A program made the position numbers and the translations under genes. Below the pieces are notes generated by a model that saw only the letters and a program-made list of their open reading frames with translations, had not been told where the DNA came from and made no database searches. Positions 23,940 through 36,621 of a stretch of 64,000 nucleotides of DNA are shown one piece after another (positions within the stretch are counted from its first letter, which is position 1; every line of letters starts with the position of its first letter). The stretch spans positions 900,719-964,718 of the forward strand of contig JAAOMT010000439.1 of assembly GCA_016748015.1 (NCBI GenBank). The letters are read 5' to 3'. The stretch comes from Geosiphon pyriformis uo1. Lineage: Eukaryota > Fungi > Glomeromycota.

Positions 23940-26000
23940 CACCATCCAAAAGTGGCAGAATTAAAACATAGGAACAAACCATTTAGGATTTACGAAATCC
24001 CTATTTCAACACTATTGTCAACACTTAAGATTAAACCACAATCATATATCCATTGAATCAGCCTTTAATTTTTACATCAATGAAAAGATTTCCTCTTTGT
24101 TAAGAACACCAGTGAATATTGAATCAGCCAGGGAAACTTTTTACAGAGAATTAATTCAAAATACCAACCTGCCAACAAATCACAATTTTGTCTTTATTAT
24201 TACTGAGATCAACAAAAAAATTAAACATCACACCCAACAAAGATATCCAATTACTTACGCCAGTAAAGACAAAGGAAAACTACAAACACCAGCAGTAACA
24301 CCCAAAAAGATACAATCATCTACTTGAAAGAAAACAAAAGTTGAATCACCAACTGCTCTATCCTATTACTACATACCAGGAAGCGCCATCAATATAACAT
24401 CAGCAAGTGCATCCACATCAAACACGATATCAACATTCGGACAATTCCAATTCCAAAGTAAACAAAGAAAAACAGATCTACTAGGACTATATGGTGAATA
24501 TTTTGAAGGATTTAAATTGTGATCACCAATACCATCAGAAATTTGATCACCGCCACTTCAACTGAACTTTAGAACCACTACCCCATAAGAACTATCTGAA
24601 GAAAAAGAGGAAGAAAAATCGGAAGATCAAGAATTTACTTACCAAAACCCAATCTTTAAAAATCTGGAATTTGGAACTCCGAACATTCAAACTCAGCAAA
24701 AAAATCCAGAAATTGAAACTCTGAATATTCAAGCACTGCAAAATCAAAACCCCAAAGTAATTAATCAACACTTACCTTCAGTTATTGTCATGAATCAACC
24801 ACCAGTTGAACCAATTGGTCAGTCTATCCAAATACCAAACCAACAAAATCAACAACCACCCCCAATATCACCTCAATAACAACAACAACTTCTACCACAG
24901 CAACAACAACAAATGGCATATGTACCAATCATGAAGCTCAACAAATTTACTGGTAAAGAGAATAATGCACAAGTTTGGCTAAATGATGTAGAAAAAGCCA
25001 TTACAGCCAATGAATGGAATGATGCCAGAGCTATACAAGCTATATCTTATTTTCTTAAGGATACAGCAAATTCATGGTATCAAAGTCTGGTCAACAAACT
25101 CCAAGATTTCAATGCCTTTAAATTAGAATTTTTAAGATACTTTAGCAATAACAACAGCATCAACAGATTAGCCAACACTTTCACTATAATTAAACAAGAA
25201 GAAACTAAAGCAGTTACCACATATCTGGAACACTTCCATAGAAATTTATGACAAATTCAAGCAATTGATGCTAATTATTTCACAGTACCACAAATTCTCA
25301 ATCAATTCATCCATGGCCTGTGCAGTAGCATTTTGCAACACATATGTCCATTGCATTCAGCAGGACACAGTCACACATGCCAGAGATTTTGAATCTGCTG
25401 AATTAAAAGCCAATCATGCCTACACCGTAAACCTAATGATGAATGAATTATCTGAATTAGATTCTAAATTGAAACAATTCAGTGATTCAATTAATCAAAA
25501 ATTAGAGGGATACTTAGCTGATAATCGCGCAATTTATCAACCACCACAACAATGCAATAATCCAGGAAATGCAAATCATTTCCAAAATCAGTTATGTCCA
25601 TCATCATTATTAGCAGCACCTAATCAGCCGTGGCAGCCAGAAACACGTGTTTGCCACAACTGTAGTAAACAAGGATACATAAAAGCAGACTGCAGATTTT
25701 ATAGCAACAATTCACAATTAGAAAATCAATATTGAAATCTCAATCACAGATTTCAAACTCCGAATTGTTATCCAAATCAAGATCAAACTACTTACCTGCC
25801 AATAATGCAGCCACCAATCTATCAACTGCCAGTATATCAACCTCAAATTTATCAACTGCAGCCACCAGTAATCTATCAACCACAACCCCAAATAATTTAT
25901 CAACCCCAATCAATTCAGACACCGCCCCAAAATTCAGTTAATATAACATCAGGCCACTCCAGACCTAGAATCACACAAAACTGGAGATTAGTGATGGTTG
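23940..26000 (+). pseudogene. gag: Gag (retrotransposon capsid domain, CCHC-type knuckle, Q/P-rich repeats)
   Basis: KFTGKENNAQVWLNDVEKAITANEW...TANSWY; knuckle CHNCSKQGYIKADC; IYQP repeats in frame with the protease. Confidence 0.88.
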
Positions 26001-26289
26001 TCCACCAACTGATCTCCAGTTCTTTCAACTCACTATCAGAATCGTGTTCTTGGAATTCAGGTACTGGTGCCACCCAAAACCCAAATTTTCAGAACTATTT
26101 AAGTCTCTTGATTACCTCAGAAGATGCCACCACTACCAATTCGAGATCCAACCAACAATTAACACTCATTAGCAATATCCCACCAGCCACTGTCACAGAA
26201 AATGAGTTACTCACAGCCATATTTTCATTTGAAATTGAGAAATCATTAGAAGTTTCTTTGTTTAGCAGAGCCACTATTGAAGAAAAACC

Positions 26290-26670
26290 CATTACAGCGA
26301 TGTACACTGATGCCAAAATTGATGGCCATTCCATCAAGCTCATTCTTGATAGTGGGTCAGCAGACAGCATTATCACATGACAACTCATGGACCAATTAGG
26401 TTACTGAGTTGATTATACTGCCAGCGCCAAAATTATAACAGCCAATAGAACAACCAAAACTCCTATTGGCAAGATTGATAATCTACCCATTGAAATCAAT
26501 GGTATTACTGTACCAATCAAGGTATTAGTAATGGAAGCAACCTAGTACCAAGTTCTTGTTGGCAACAACTGGTTGTCCAAAACCATCACAATGTTCGATT
26601 AGAACACGCAGGAACTCCAACTTAGCCAAAATGGCCAATACACATAAGTACTAGCCACGTGTGGCCATTT
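26290..26670 (+). pseudogene. Retropepsin aspartic protease
   Basis: IKLILDSGSADSII catalytic motif; downstream VLVGNNWL. Confidence 0.9.
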
Positions 26671-27949
26671 CAAACCTAACAACATTATGTCATCAATGCC
26701 GCTCATCAATTTTGAGGAGGAAAAACCAAAGCCTACTTGGGAGGCATACTAAGTATTGTGAGCTAACGTCGAACACAATAAGCTACCACCAATTCTAGAC
26801 TGAGAAGAAAAGAACAATATAAAGGGAAAAGGAACAGAAACAGAAGAACATATTTGGAAGACCACTATCAATGCCTAGAATAATGACAATGAAAGCAAAG
26901 CAAAACAATGCCAACCAGCTGAGAAGAAAAAGGGAAAGGAAAAGAGAAAGAAGAAGACTTACCTGGAAAAGCCGACAAAGCCACAGAAAAAATAACCAGT
27001 GGCTAAGAAAGAAAATACTTACATGAGCCAGTGAAGAAGCCATCTTATATTCTCTTAAAATGTCAGGACTGTAAGAAGAAACTTTCTTCCATGGAAGCAT
27101 GGATTGCACCAGATGAAAACTACTGAATGCAAACTCACTACTACTGCAAACCATGCCATAGAAAATGCTATGATTACCCAAAACGACAAGGCAAGTGGGA
27201 CAACAAACCATGTCTTGCTTGCAGTAAACAGTTACTCGATGAAGGAATGTGGAACAACATTCCTGGTCAAGGAGGAACGTGTAATGTTTCATGCCAATAC
27301 ACAATTCTTATCAGCGATTGGGTAAGTCGTGGCACACCAATAACAGCTGCCTGGCACTGAGCAATCTCTTGTTTAGAAGGTTATCTACATGATAAAGACA
27401 AAATCTGGTGAATGGCCAACGCCAAAGTAGAGGACACTTCGCCCAGTAAAATTCTGGAGATCAAGAACAACCCTCCAAAACCAACAAACATTGTTTTGGT
27501 TCTCAACCCAGATGTCTTTCTCAACTTAGAAAACAGCCCAGAAGAATTCCATGAACACTATCAGAACTTAGCACCCACCAGAAAAGAGCAGGAACAAAGA
27601 TTGGAAGAAATAAACACTCGACTATATGACCATTGTTTAATTCCATGTGACTTCCAATATTGTAATGAGTGTGATCTCATTTACAATCCACCACCATGCA
27701 TGATCTACATGATCGCCGAAGAGAAAGAACCAATCAGCAGCTGTGCATTGGAATCAGAATTGATTTTCAATTCTGATTCAAACTCTGACAAGGATGATGA
27801 CAAAAACATCAGTTCCAGCTTCATTCAAAATGGCATTAATAACGACAACAATTCCAACTCAGATTTAAACTCCAATTTAAACTACAAACAATATATTGCG
27901 TTCTCTGACCTCATTAAGGAGCAAGAACTGAAATGGTTCAGTGATAATG

Positions 27950-28355
27950 ATAAGGGTATCATGCCAGAATGCGTGCATAATACTGATGCTGGGTTTAATC
28001 TGAAATATCAAGGAAAAGAAGCTATCAAATTGAAACCACATTTACGCACCTGCATTGATCTAAAAATAGCTTTAGAAATTCTAGCAACAACGATAGTTCA
28101 ATTAGCATCTAAAAGTAGTTTGGTGAAAAGAGAGATAAACATCAGAGGAGGAATAATTAACACAGGATACATAGGAAATATCATTGCTATACTACAAAAC
28201 GACTCTGAAAAGGCCTATATCATAGAGCCAAATGAAAAGATAGCACAGGCAATATTCCTGCCTCTGGTGAAAATAACGCAGTTAGTATTAGTGGAAAATA
28301 GAGAGAAATTAGGGATAACAGCAAAAGAGATACAGGGATTTGGATTAACAGATAG
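27950..28355 (+). pseudogene. dut: Trimeric-type dUTPase domain within pol
   Basis: Five motifs recognisable in mutated form: DAGFNL, ASKSS, GGIINTGYIG, EKIAQ, AKEIQGFGLT. Confidence 0.9.
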
Positions 28356-28779
28356 AATAGATGTACCAGTCAATATGGCAGAAGAAAAAATTGTTAACCA
28401 AAAAGAAATTATCTCAATGGGTCAAGCAATTTTCATTCCACCATATGGCCAGTACATGATAAGAATAAAGTGGGAAGTAAAAAAACAGAATCAGATTTTT
28501 GAAGCAGAACCAACCCTTTGTAAATTAGGAAAGATTGGATTTATCAATCTCTATATACCAGCCAAAGATTACAACCACATCAAAATTCCCATCTATAATA
28601 ACACAGGAAATAGTATAGTAATACCAGCCGGAACCACCATTGGATACTTAAGCACTGAAATAGAAAATCAACTACCAAGCACTATTCTGAACTTTCTACA
28701 GCTTTGTGAATATGTTGATATCACATCACAAACAATATATGAACAAAGCAAATATTATTTACTCCAACCAGAACAATTG

Positions 28780-30186
28780 GAACAAATGAACATGGAAAAC
28801 TTAGATCCACTCCAAAGTATGCAACTTAAGATATTGTTTAACAATTTCAATGACGTCTTTGCCAGCAAAAATGAGTTTGGTTGAACTAATATTATCCAGC
28901 ATCAGATCAAGACTGGAGATACAATGCCAATTAAACAAAGAACATACAAAGTACCACCAGCTAGCCATGAGATTATCTGGCAAGAGATAAACTGAATGCT
29001 TGACAACGGGCTAATTCAGCCATCAATGAGCCCATGGTTGTCACCAGTAGTACTTATTCATAAAAAGAATGAAAAGATCTGCTTTTGTGTGGATTATAGA
29101 AAATTCAATGGAGTAACTTGTGGAGATAGCTACCCCACTCCATGGATCCAAGAATTATTTGATGCTTTTGGTGGAAACAAATGGTTTTCAACATTAGACC
29201 TAGACAGTAATTACTGGCAAGTAGTCATGGATCCAGCTGACAAAAAAAAGATGGCATTCACCACCAAAGAAGGGAATTTTGAATTTGAAGTAATGCCATT
29301 TGGCTTAACCAATGCACCAGCCACTTTCCAAAGGCTAATGGAAATTTTTTATATTGGCTTATTGTGGAAATCAGTAGTTGTATACTTGGATAACACCAAT
29401 GTATTCTCAAAAACATTTGATGATCATTTTCATCATCTTCAACAAGTGTTCAAAAGACTAAAAAGAGCAGGACTAAAGTTAAATGCAACAAAGTGTTTTT
29501 TTGGCAAAACAGAACTAAAATTCTTGGGACACATAGTCAGCAAAGATGGCATCAAAACGGATCCAGAGAAAATAGAGATAGTAAAGAACTTTCCAGTGCT
29601 GACAAATATGACAGAACTGAAATCATTCTTGAGATTTGCCAGCTACTATCGACATTTTATCAAGAACTTTTCCAAGATAGTGCAGCCACTCAACCAACTG
29701 CAAACCAAGAATACAAAATATGAATGGACAGAAAGTCAACAAGAAGCTTTTAATATTCTGAAAAGAAAGCTCATTCAAGCTCCAATACTGATCTATCCAG
29801 ATCACAGCAAATCATTTATTATCACCACTGATGTATCTGGCCAAGCATTGGGAACAATACTATCTCAGAGAGGACCAAACGGTAAGGAACATCTAGTAGC
29901 ATATACCAGCAGAGGTTTAACACCAGCTGAAAAGAATTATAGAACACCAGAACAAGAACACTTAGTGATATACTGGGCAGTCATGAAATGGAAAGAATAC
30001 TTGAGCCAGAAGTTTGAAATATACACAGATCACAAAAGATTAACATTACTTCAAAAACAAAAATTTGGAGATGGAAGACAGTCAAGATAAAAAATGGCAC
30101 TCGCATCATATAATTATACTATACATTATAAAAAGGGAAAAGACAATGGAAATGCTGATGGTTTGTTGTGAATGAGACAAATCTAA
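28780..30186 (+). pseudogene. pol: Reverse transcriptase and RNase H
   Basis: SPWLSPVVL, FCVDYRKFN, MPFGLTNAPATFQRLM, VYLDNT (YLDD mutated), ITTDVS, YTDHK; in-frame TAA at 30184. Confidence 0.95.
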
Positions 30187-30247
30187 GAACATTTCAACCC
30201 AAAATATAACAAAACCAGAACAATACCAACAAAAAATATAACAAAAG

Positions 30248-31630
30248 ATGAACATACAAAAATATCAACAACTGCAACATTATATAAACACTCAACAGTT
30301 CAAGGAGAATTTATCTCAAACAGAACAAAAGAGTATCAAACAACAATTAAAATATTTTATTACTCACCAAAATATACTTTATTAGAAAAATAGAAGAGAG
30401 CTAGAGCAACCAACCAGAGTAATTACAGAGCCAGAAAAAGAGACAATATTATTTAACATGCACTCAAATCCAACAGCAGGACACTTTCACAAAGAAGCAA
30501 CCATAGAAAGAACCAGAAAAAGATACTATTGGCCATCAATGTATCCAGACATCATCCAATATGTTCAAAATTGTGATGCTTGTCAGCGAAGAGGAGGAAC
30601 AAAACTCAGTAAACCATTAAAACCAATTAAAATGGGACAACCATTCGACCATATTGGAATTAATCTAGTCAGACCATTAACAATCACCAGAGGAGGAAAC
30701 AGATACATAGCAGTAGCCATAGACTATCTCACTAAATGGCCAGAGGCGAAAGCAATTCAAAGAGTGGATGCAGAATCCATTGCCAAATTTGTTTATCAAG
30801 ATTTAATTTGTCGACACAGATGTCCAAAAAAATTATTATCAGACCAAGAAACTTATTTTGTAAACAGAACATTAACAAAATTGAGCCAAAGATTCAGAAT
30901 TAAGAGACCACTATCATTATCATACCATTCACAAACCAATGGATTAGTTGAAAGATTTAACAAAACATTGTGTGAAGCAATAGCTAAGCTCAGCCAAGAA
31001 AACCAGAATAATTGGGATGTGTTGATATCATTAGTACTATTTGCTTATCGAACAATGAAACAAGACACTACACAAGCAACATCATTTGAATTAGTATATG
31101 ATAGAACAGCAACATTACTAGTGGAGATAGAAGTTAACACATATCCAACTGAACCAATAACAAAAGAAAATTTCCAAGAAACATTGTTAAGAAGAACATA
31201 TAACTTAATAGAAACATTAGAAAACAAACAAAAAAGAGCAGCTGATAACATACAAAAGTCACAAAAGAAACAAAAAAAAAGACATGATAATCAACTACTA
31301 GACAAACCAGTTGAATTCAAGATTAGAGACAAAGTACTCTTACATCATACCAAAGTGGAAAAACAATGGAATGAAAAATTTGATCCCAAATGAGATGGAC
31401 CATTTCACATAAAAGAAATTCTAGGAAATGGAGCTTACAAATTAAGACTGGACAACAAAATCTTAACCAAAGCAGCACATAGAGATCGACTGAAACCATA
31501 CCACAACATCATACCACTATCTACCAGTAATATTCCACAATTAGGAGTACAGAGAATACTAGTTCAACCAGATCAGATTCCACAAGATCTGGAACCAATC
31601 ATTATTATTGACAACAACACGTTAAATTGA
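30248..31630 (+). pseudogene. Integrase, in its own reading frame
   Basis: HSNPTAGH...CDAC (HHCC), PFDHIGINLV, LSDQ, TNGLVERFNKTL, DGPFHI...GAYKL. ATG at 30248 is in frame with ORF 30458..31393. Confidence 0.92.
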
Positions 31631-31684
31631 TCCATCAAAAGAATATATAAAGACATAGTAGACATAACAGGAAATATCAGAAAA

Positions 31685-32314
31685 ATGGAAATTACAGACA
31701 ATATTCACTTACTAGCACAACAACTCTTTCAATTGATCTAACACCAGGAAATGAAGATTACAATCAATCAACAAATCATTCAATATCAAGATATTAGAAA
31801 GACATTGCAACCCAGAACCCAGAAGAAAACTGAAAATATGGTGGACAAAATTATTGTGAAAGTAAAATTAGCAATAAGAGAGTCAACAAAAGAGTCACTG
31901 TATCAAGAGTTGACTAAAGAAACTTGGAATTAATGGATACAACAATTTTTACGAAACTATTGTTATTTTTACTTAGGACAACACATAAATATCCAGAATC
32001 TATATATAGATAAAACAAAGCGATTATTCGACAAAAAAATACTACAACAATTAGAACATTTTGTGGGAAAAAACAACTTATCTACACAGGCCCGAGCTAT
32101 ATACCAAATACACACAGCATTTCAGGATAGACCAGAAATATTACTCAACAAAGCAATGGATATGGTTACCAGTAATTAATTGGAAAAGATCACCAATGCT
32201 CAATTTGAAGAATTACAGACCCAAATAACACAAGTAATTCTCGAAAATGAAATTCAGAAAATACTTCAAGAGAGGGAATTAAACGAGTTGGATTTTGATG
32301 GAGCTCAATATTAA
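31685..32314 (+). pseudogene. Extra ORF3 of family B (about 209 codons, with in-frame point stops)
   Basis: ATG 31685 and TAA 32312 are in one frame that includes ORF 31751..31933. Motifs YCYFYLGQ, EKITNAQFEELQTQITQVILE, LDFDGAQY*. Confidence 0.75.
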
Positions 32315-32327
32315 AAGGAGAAAATAA

Positions 32328-33150
32328 TATTACTCATAGAAATATAAGAAATATATTAGCATAATTATTAGCCAATCAGAAGTAGGCGTAGTAAATGTGG
32401 AATTCCAGAATTCCTCTTAGGAATTGCAGGATTCCAGGAATTTCAAGATTCCCCGACAAGGAATCGCAGGATTCCTGTCATGAAAAATCGAGGAATTGAG
32501 GAATCTCAATTATGTATATATAGCAGCAGGATTAAAAGCTGAAAAGACAGACCTCTTAGTTTTAGATTTAATCTAAGCAACTCTTCAAATTACAATCATC
32601 TAAATAAATAATTATTTGTTATCTCAAACCCATTTCCACTAACAACACTTCATGTTGATAGTAATTGATACTTAACCACACTGGAACAATAGCTCTTGAT
32701 CACGGCTATTGATGAAATACTAACTTGCAAATTGTCTTGGCTTATTTCTTTTCTTTTTTTATTTTATTTTATTTTTTTTATTTTTTTGCTTTGATTTTAT
32801 TGTTGTTTACTAACTCTATTGAGGATTAACGTGTGGGGCACTAATGTCAGGATAAACATGACTGGTAAAAGACCTAGAAATAAGGGTAGAACACTCAATT
32901 AAGGATAGCTTACCAGGAGGAATACCAGCCATCAAGCTGAGAAAAAAATTGACAAAACTGTGGTTTCAGGAAGCTACGAAAAAAACTATCACCATTGAAT
33001 CTCTGTCCATTATACAAATAACTTAACCAAATCTTTTAGATACAAAACCTTCAGATACCAAATTTTCAGATCATTGACAACAAGAATAGCTTTGAGTACC
33101 AAGTTACAGGTTTGTATTTAATTTAACACCAGAAATTATTACCTGTAACA
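32328..33150 (+). repeat. 3' LTR, family B (preceded by PPT aaaaggagaaaa)
   Basis: tattactc (tg>ta) ... ctgtaaca; colinear with the 5' LTR. Confidence 0.95.
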
Positions 33151-33255
33151 CTGATCATATATAAAAAAAACATGATTCACACTTAGTTTAGATTACTTAT
33201 ATGATGTATTGTACTAAACAGTATATGGATCTTACTTATAAATGAAAAAAAAAAT
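33151..33255 (+). mobile_element. Degenerate LINE 3' UTR with poly(A)
   Basis: catatataaaaaaaacatgattcacacttagtttagattactt...cttacttataaatgaaaaaaaaaa resembles the 3' UTR at 5213-5325. Confidence 0.6.
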
Positions 33256-34927
33256 AGTATTGTTAAAAACTTTAAAGTTTTTTAAAATATTACTAAATTT
33301 AAAAAATTCACAAAATTAGTATTTTATTACTAAGAATTTATTAAAAAAATTTTTAAAATTGTCAAACTTTTTAACTATTTAACTAACAAAAATATTAAAT
33401 ATTAATAAATAACAAAACAACAAAAGATTTTTAACATATTTAAAAAAAATTAATAACAGTTTTAATTTTAGTTTATTATAACTTTAATAAAAAATTTTAA
33501 CTGGCTATAAATATTTTATATATAGCTTTTAATATTATTTTATTTTAATTAGATAATAATAGCAATGAAAAAGTTATTGTTTATATCAGTAAATATTAAA
33601 ACCAGCAAAATAAAATTATTTTATTATTAAATTGAAAACAATAGTCATAATTTAAGTTTTTTATAATTTCAATTTACATTTTAAGTTCAAAAAATTTAAT
33701 ACTATTACTAATAATTTTAAACTTAAATAATTACAAAACAAAAGTTTCAAATTAAATACCAAATAAATTTGTTGAAATAAATTTTTTATAAACTATTAAT
33801 TTGTTGTATATTACAAATTAAAAAAATTACATATTAATTTTATTTTTTTTATTAAAGTTTAATGAGCAAGACTCAACCATTATCTAATACAATATGATCA
33901 CACAAAGTCTTAAATTAAACATAGCTCATGCATTTTCTATATGTAACCAGCTACTTGAACCAGTTCAGACTATACTACATTGATGCACTAAAAGAAAACT
34001 TACCCAAAGATAACATCTTTTGAACAACAAGAAACAAAGTTGCACTGCAAGAAACCAATCCAACCAGCTATTTGGCTGTCTTCAAAACATTAGTCTTAAC
34101 ATTAATAGACTTATGTTCCCAAAAGAACATCAAATTAGAAAACACTTCATCATCCAAACCAATTGGGCACTCTGAATTACCAAACATATCGATATTTTCT
34201 ATACAACACTTCTTTTTTAAAAAAACTACTTCTATCTCCAACTTACCAACAATTTTACTAAAAAAACCCAAATGTACTATAACTTCATTAACCTTAAGAC
34301 CAAGTTTACTGTTTGAGACCAAATTCCCATTAATAAATTGTTCAAACAATTTGACCAAGAAACCAACTGGTTTAACAATAGACTCAACCAAAACAGAAAG
34401 CTTGGCCAAATCAGATTTCACAGAAGCCAATCAAGAAGACATTAAGAGATTACCAACAACCATAGAAGAAAAAGCAGAAGCTGTCAGAGAAGGAAACTCA
34501 GAAAAATCCAAGAAAGCAGAAGCTTTTGCATAAGAAACACCATTCACAAAATGTGTTTTAAATACTTTGAGAGCCTTGGGAGGGAGAAGTGGAGAAACTT
34601 TGCAGTTTACAACCAAATGGCCTACTTTTTAACACTTAAAGCAGTGTCAACAACCAGAAGTTTTTCACCAAATATGGCATTTTCTTAGGGTACCAGTTTT
34701 GACAATTGCGAAGTCCAAATCAACTTAAGAACCAAACATAACTAGAGCAAACCAGGAATAATGACCAGAATCAGGCAAATAAGAAATAAAACAAGTCTGG
34801 CCACCAATCTGGGAGATCATATCACTAATTTCAAAAGCAGTACAGCCTGAAAGAAGATTGACCAACTTGGCCTTAAACTGATCATGAAACAAAATTGTTT
34901 CATTCTGATTGGTAAAAAGAAGAATGT

Positions 34928-36621
34928 TGTTACCGGAGGTTTTTGGTCTCTTTTCTTAAATGTTGTTGATGCTTGTTTGTTGTGAATTCACGTTTTTCTG
35001 GATGTGGTTGAACCTCCAGTAACTGAATTTATCTTCAAATTATCTCCTATAATTTGAACCGCTGGGCTTATAAGTGGAATGGCCAATTCCGTGCCAGTTA
35101 CTTTATGTAGTTACGTTGTAGTAAACGTCAACTCTTTCCCAGGAATTGCTCGTCTGGAAGCTCACTAAAAAATGTGTAGTTACTTTGCTGTGAAAGTCAA
35201 CTCTTCTACAGGAATCTCGTCTGTAGGCTACCCAAATGATTATGATAAGAAAAGAAAGAGNNNNNNNNNNNNNNNNNNNNNNNNNNNNNNNNNNNNNNNN
35301 NNNNNNNNNNNNNNNNNNNNNNNNNNNNNNNNNNNNNNNNNNNNNNNNNNNNNNNNNNNNNNNNNNNNNNNNNNNNNNNNNNNNNNNNNNNNNNNNNNNN
35401 NNNNNNNNNNNNNNNNNNNNNNNNNNNNNNNNNNNNNNNNNNNNNNNNNNNNNNNNNNNNNNNNNNNNNNNNNNNNNNNNNNNNNNNNNNNNNNNNNNNN
35501 NNNNNNNNNNNNNNNNNNNNNNNNNNNNNNNNNNNNNNNNNNNNNNNNNNNNNNNNNNNNNNNNNNNNNNNNNNNNNNNNNNNNNNNNNNNNNNNNNNNN
35601 NNNNNNNNNNNNNNNNNNNNNNNNNNNNNNNNNNNNNNNNNNNNNNNNNNNNNNNNNNNNNNNNNNNNNNNNNNNNNNNNNNNNNNNNNNNNNNNNNNNN
35701 NNNNNNNNNNNNNNNNNNNNNNNNNNNNNNNNNNNNNNNNNNNNNNNNNNNNNNNNNNNNNNNNNNNNNNNNNNNNNNNNNNNNNNNNNNNNNNNNNNNN
35801 NNNNNNNNNNNNNNNNNNNNNNNNNNNNNNNNNNNNNNNNNNNNNNNNNNNNNNNNNNNNNNNNNNNNNNNNNNNNNNNNNNNNNNNNNNNNNNNNNNNN
35901 NNNNNNNNNNNNNNNNNNNNNNNNNNNNNNNNNNNNNNNNNNNNNNNNNNNNNNNNNNNNNNNNNNNNNNNNNNNNNNNNNNNNNNNNNNNNNNNNNNNN
36001 NNNNNNNNNNNNNNNNNNNNNNNNNNNNNNNNNNNNNNNNNNNNNNNNNNNNNNNNNNNNNNNNNNNNNNNNNNNNNNNNNNNNNNNNNNNNNNNNNNNN
36101 NNNNNNNNNNNNNNNNNNNNNNNNNNNNNNNNNNNNNNNNNNNNNNNNNNNNNNNNNNNNNNNNNNNNNNNNNNNNNNNNNNNNNNNNNNNNNNAAAGTG
36201 ATTTGTTCTAATTAAGATACCTAAAGTAAGATACTATGGTAAGATATGAGAAGATACATTTTCTTGAAGAGAGAAGCTCTTCTTTTATACAACTTGTTGT
36301 AGTACTAGTCTTTGAACTTGCACTTTTTCTCTTTTCTAGAATTTCGGTGAACTAAAGATACATTTCGGCGAACTATGAATTATTTCGGCCAATTTCCATT
36401 AATTTCGGCGAATTTTTGCTATGTTATATGGTTCAGGGTATTGTGTAAATTGATCATCTCAATTTCTATGGTCCAAATCGGGTTATTGATTAAATGATGA
36501 TAATTGCTAATTTGATTAAATAATAAGTGAAATTCGAAACGATAATAATATATGCTAATTAATGATAGGAATTATAAAGGAAATTTCATGCTAATTAATA
36601 GCTAAAATTCTACTGGTAACA
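34928..36621 (-). mobile_element. Young family A LTR (solo LTR or collapsed element) spanning an assembly gap
   Basis: Termini tgttacc / ggtaaca; 4-bp TSD atgt (34924-34927 and 36622-36625); both sides match LTR 2871-3821; CpGs retained. Confidence 0.9.
35261..36195. other. Assembly gap (935 N)
   Basis: Run of N. Confidence 1.

Larger units (their letters stand above)
23013..33150 (+). mobile_element. Full-length Ty3/Gypsy element, family B (LTR-PBS-gag-PR-Cys-rich-dUTPase-RT-RNase H | INT | ORF3-PPT-LTR); disrupted by point mutations
   Basis: Paired LTRs, PBS, PPT and all domain motifs in Gypsy order (RT-RH-INT). Confidence 0.96.

Noticed and set aside
31400-31630. Chromodomain at the integrase C-terminus
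   Set aside because: Only the GPY/F-type region and a short tail are present; no aromatic-cage chromodomain pattern.
35172-36215. Long ORFs of 321-347 aa, and those at 50805-51279
   Set aside because: Artefacts of reading through N gaps.
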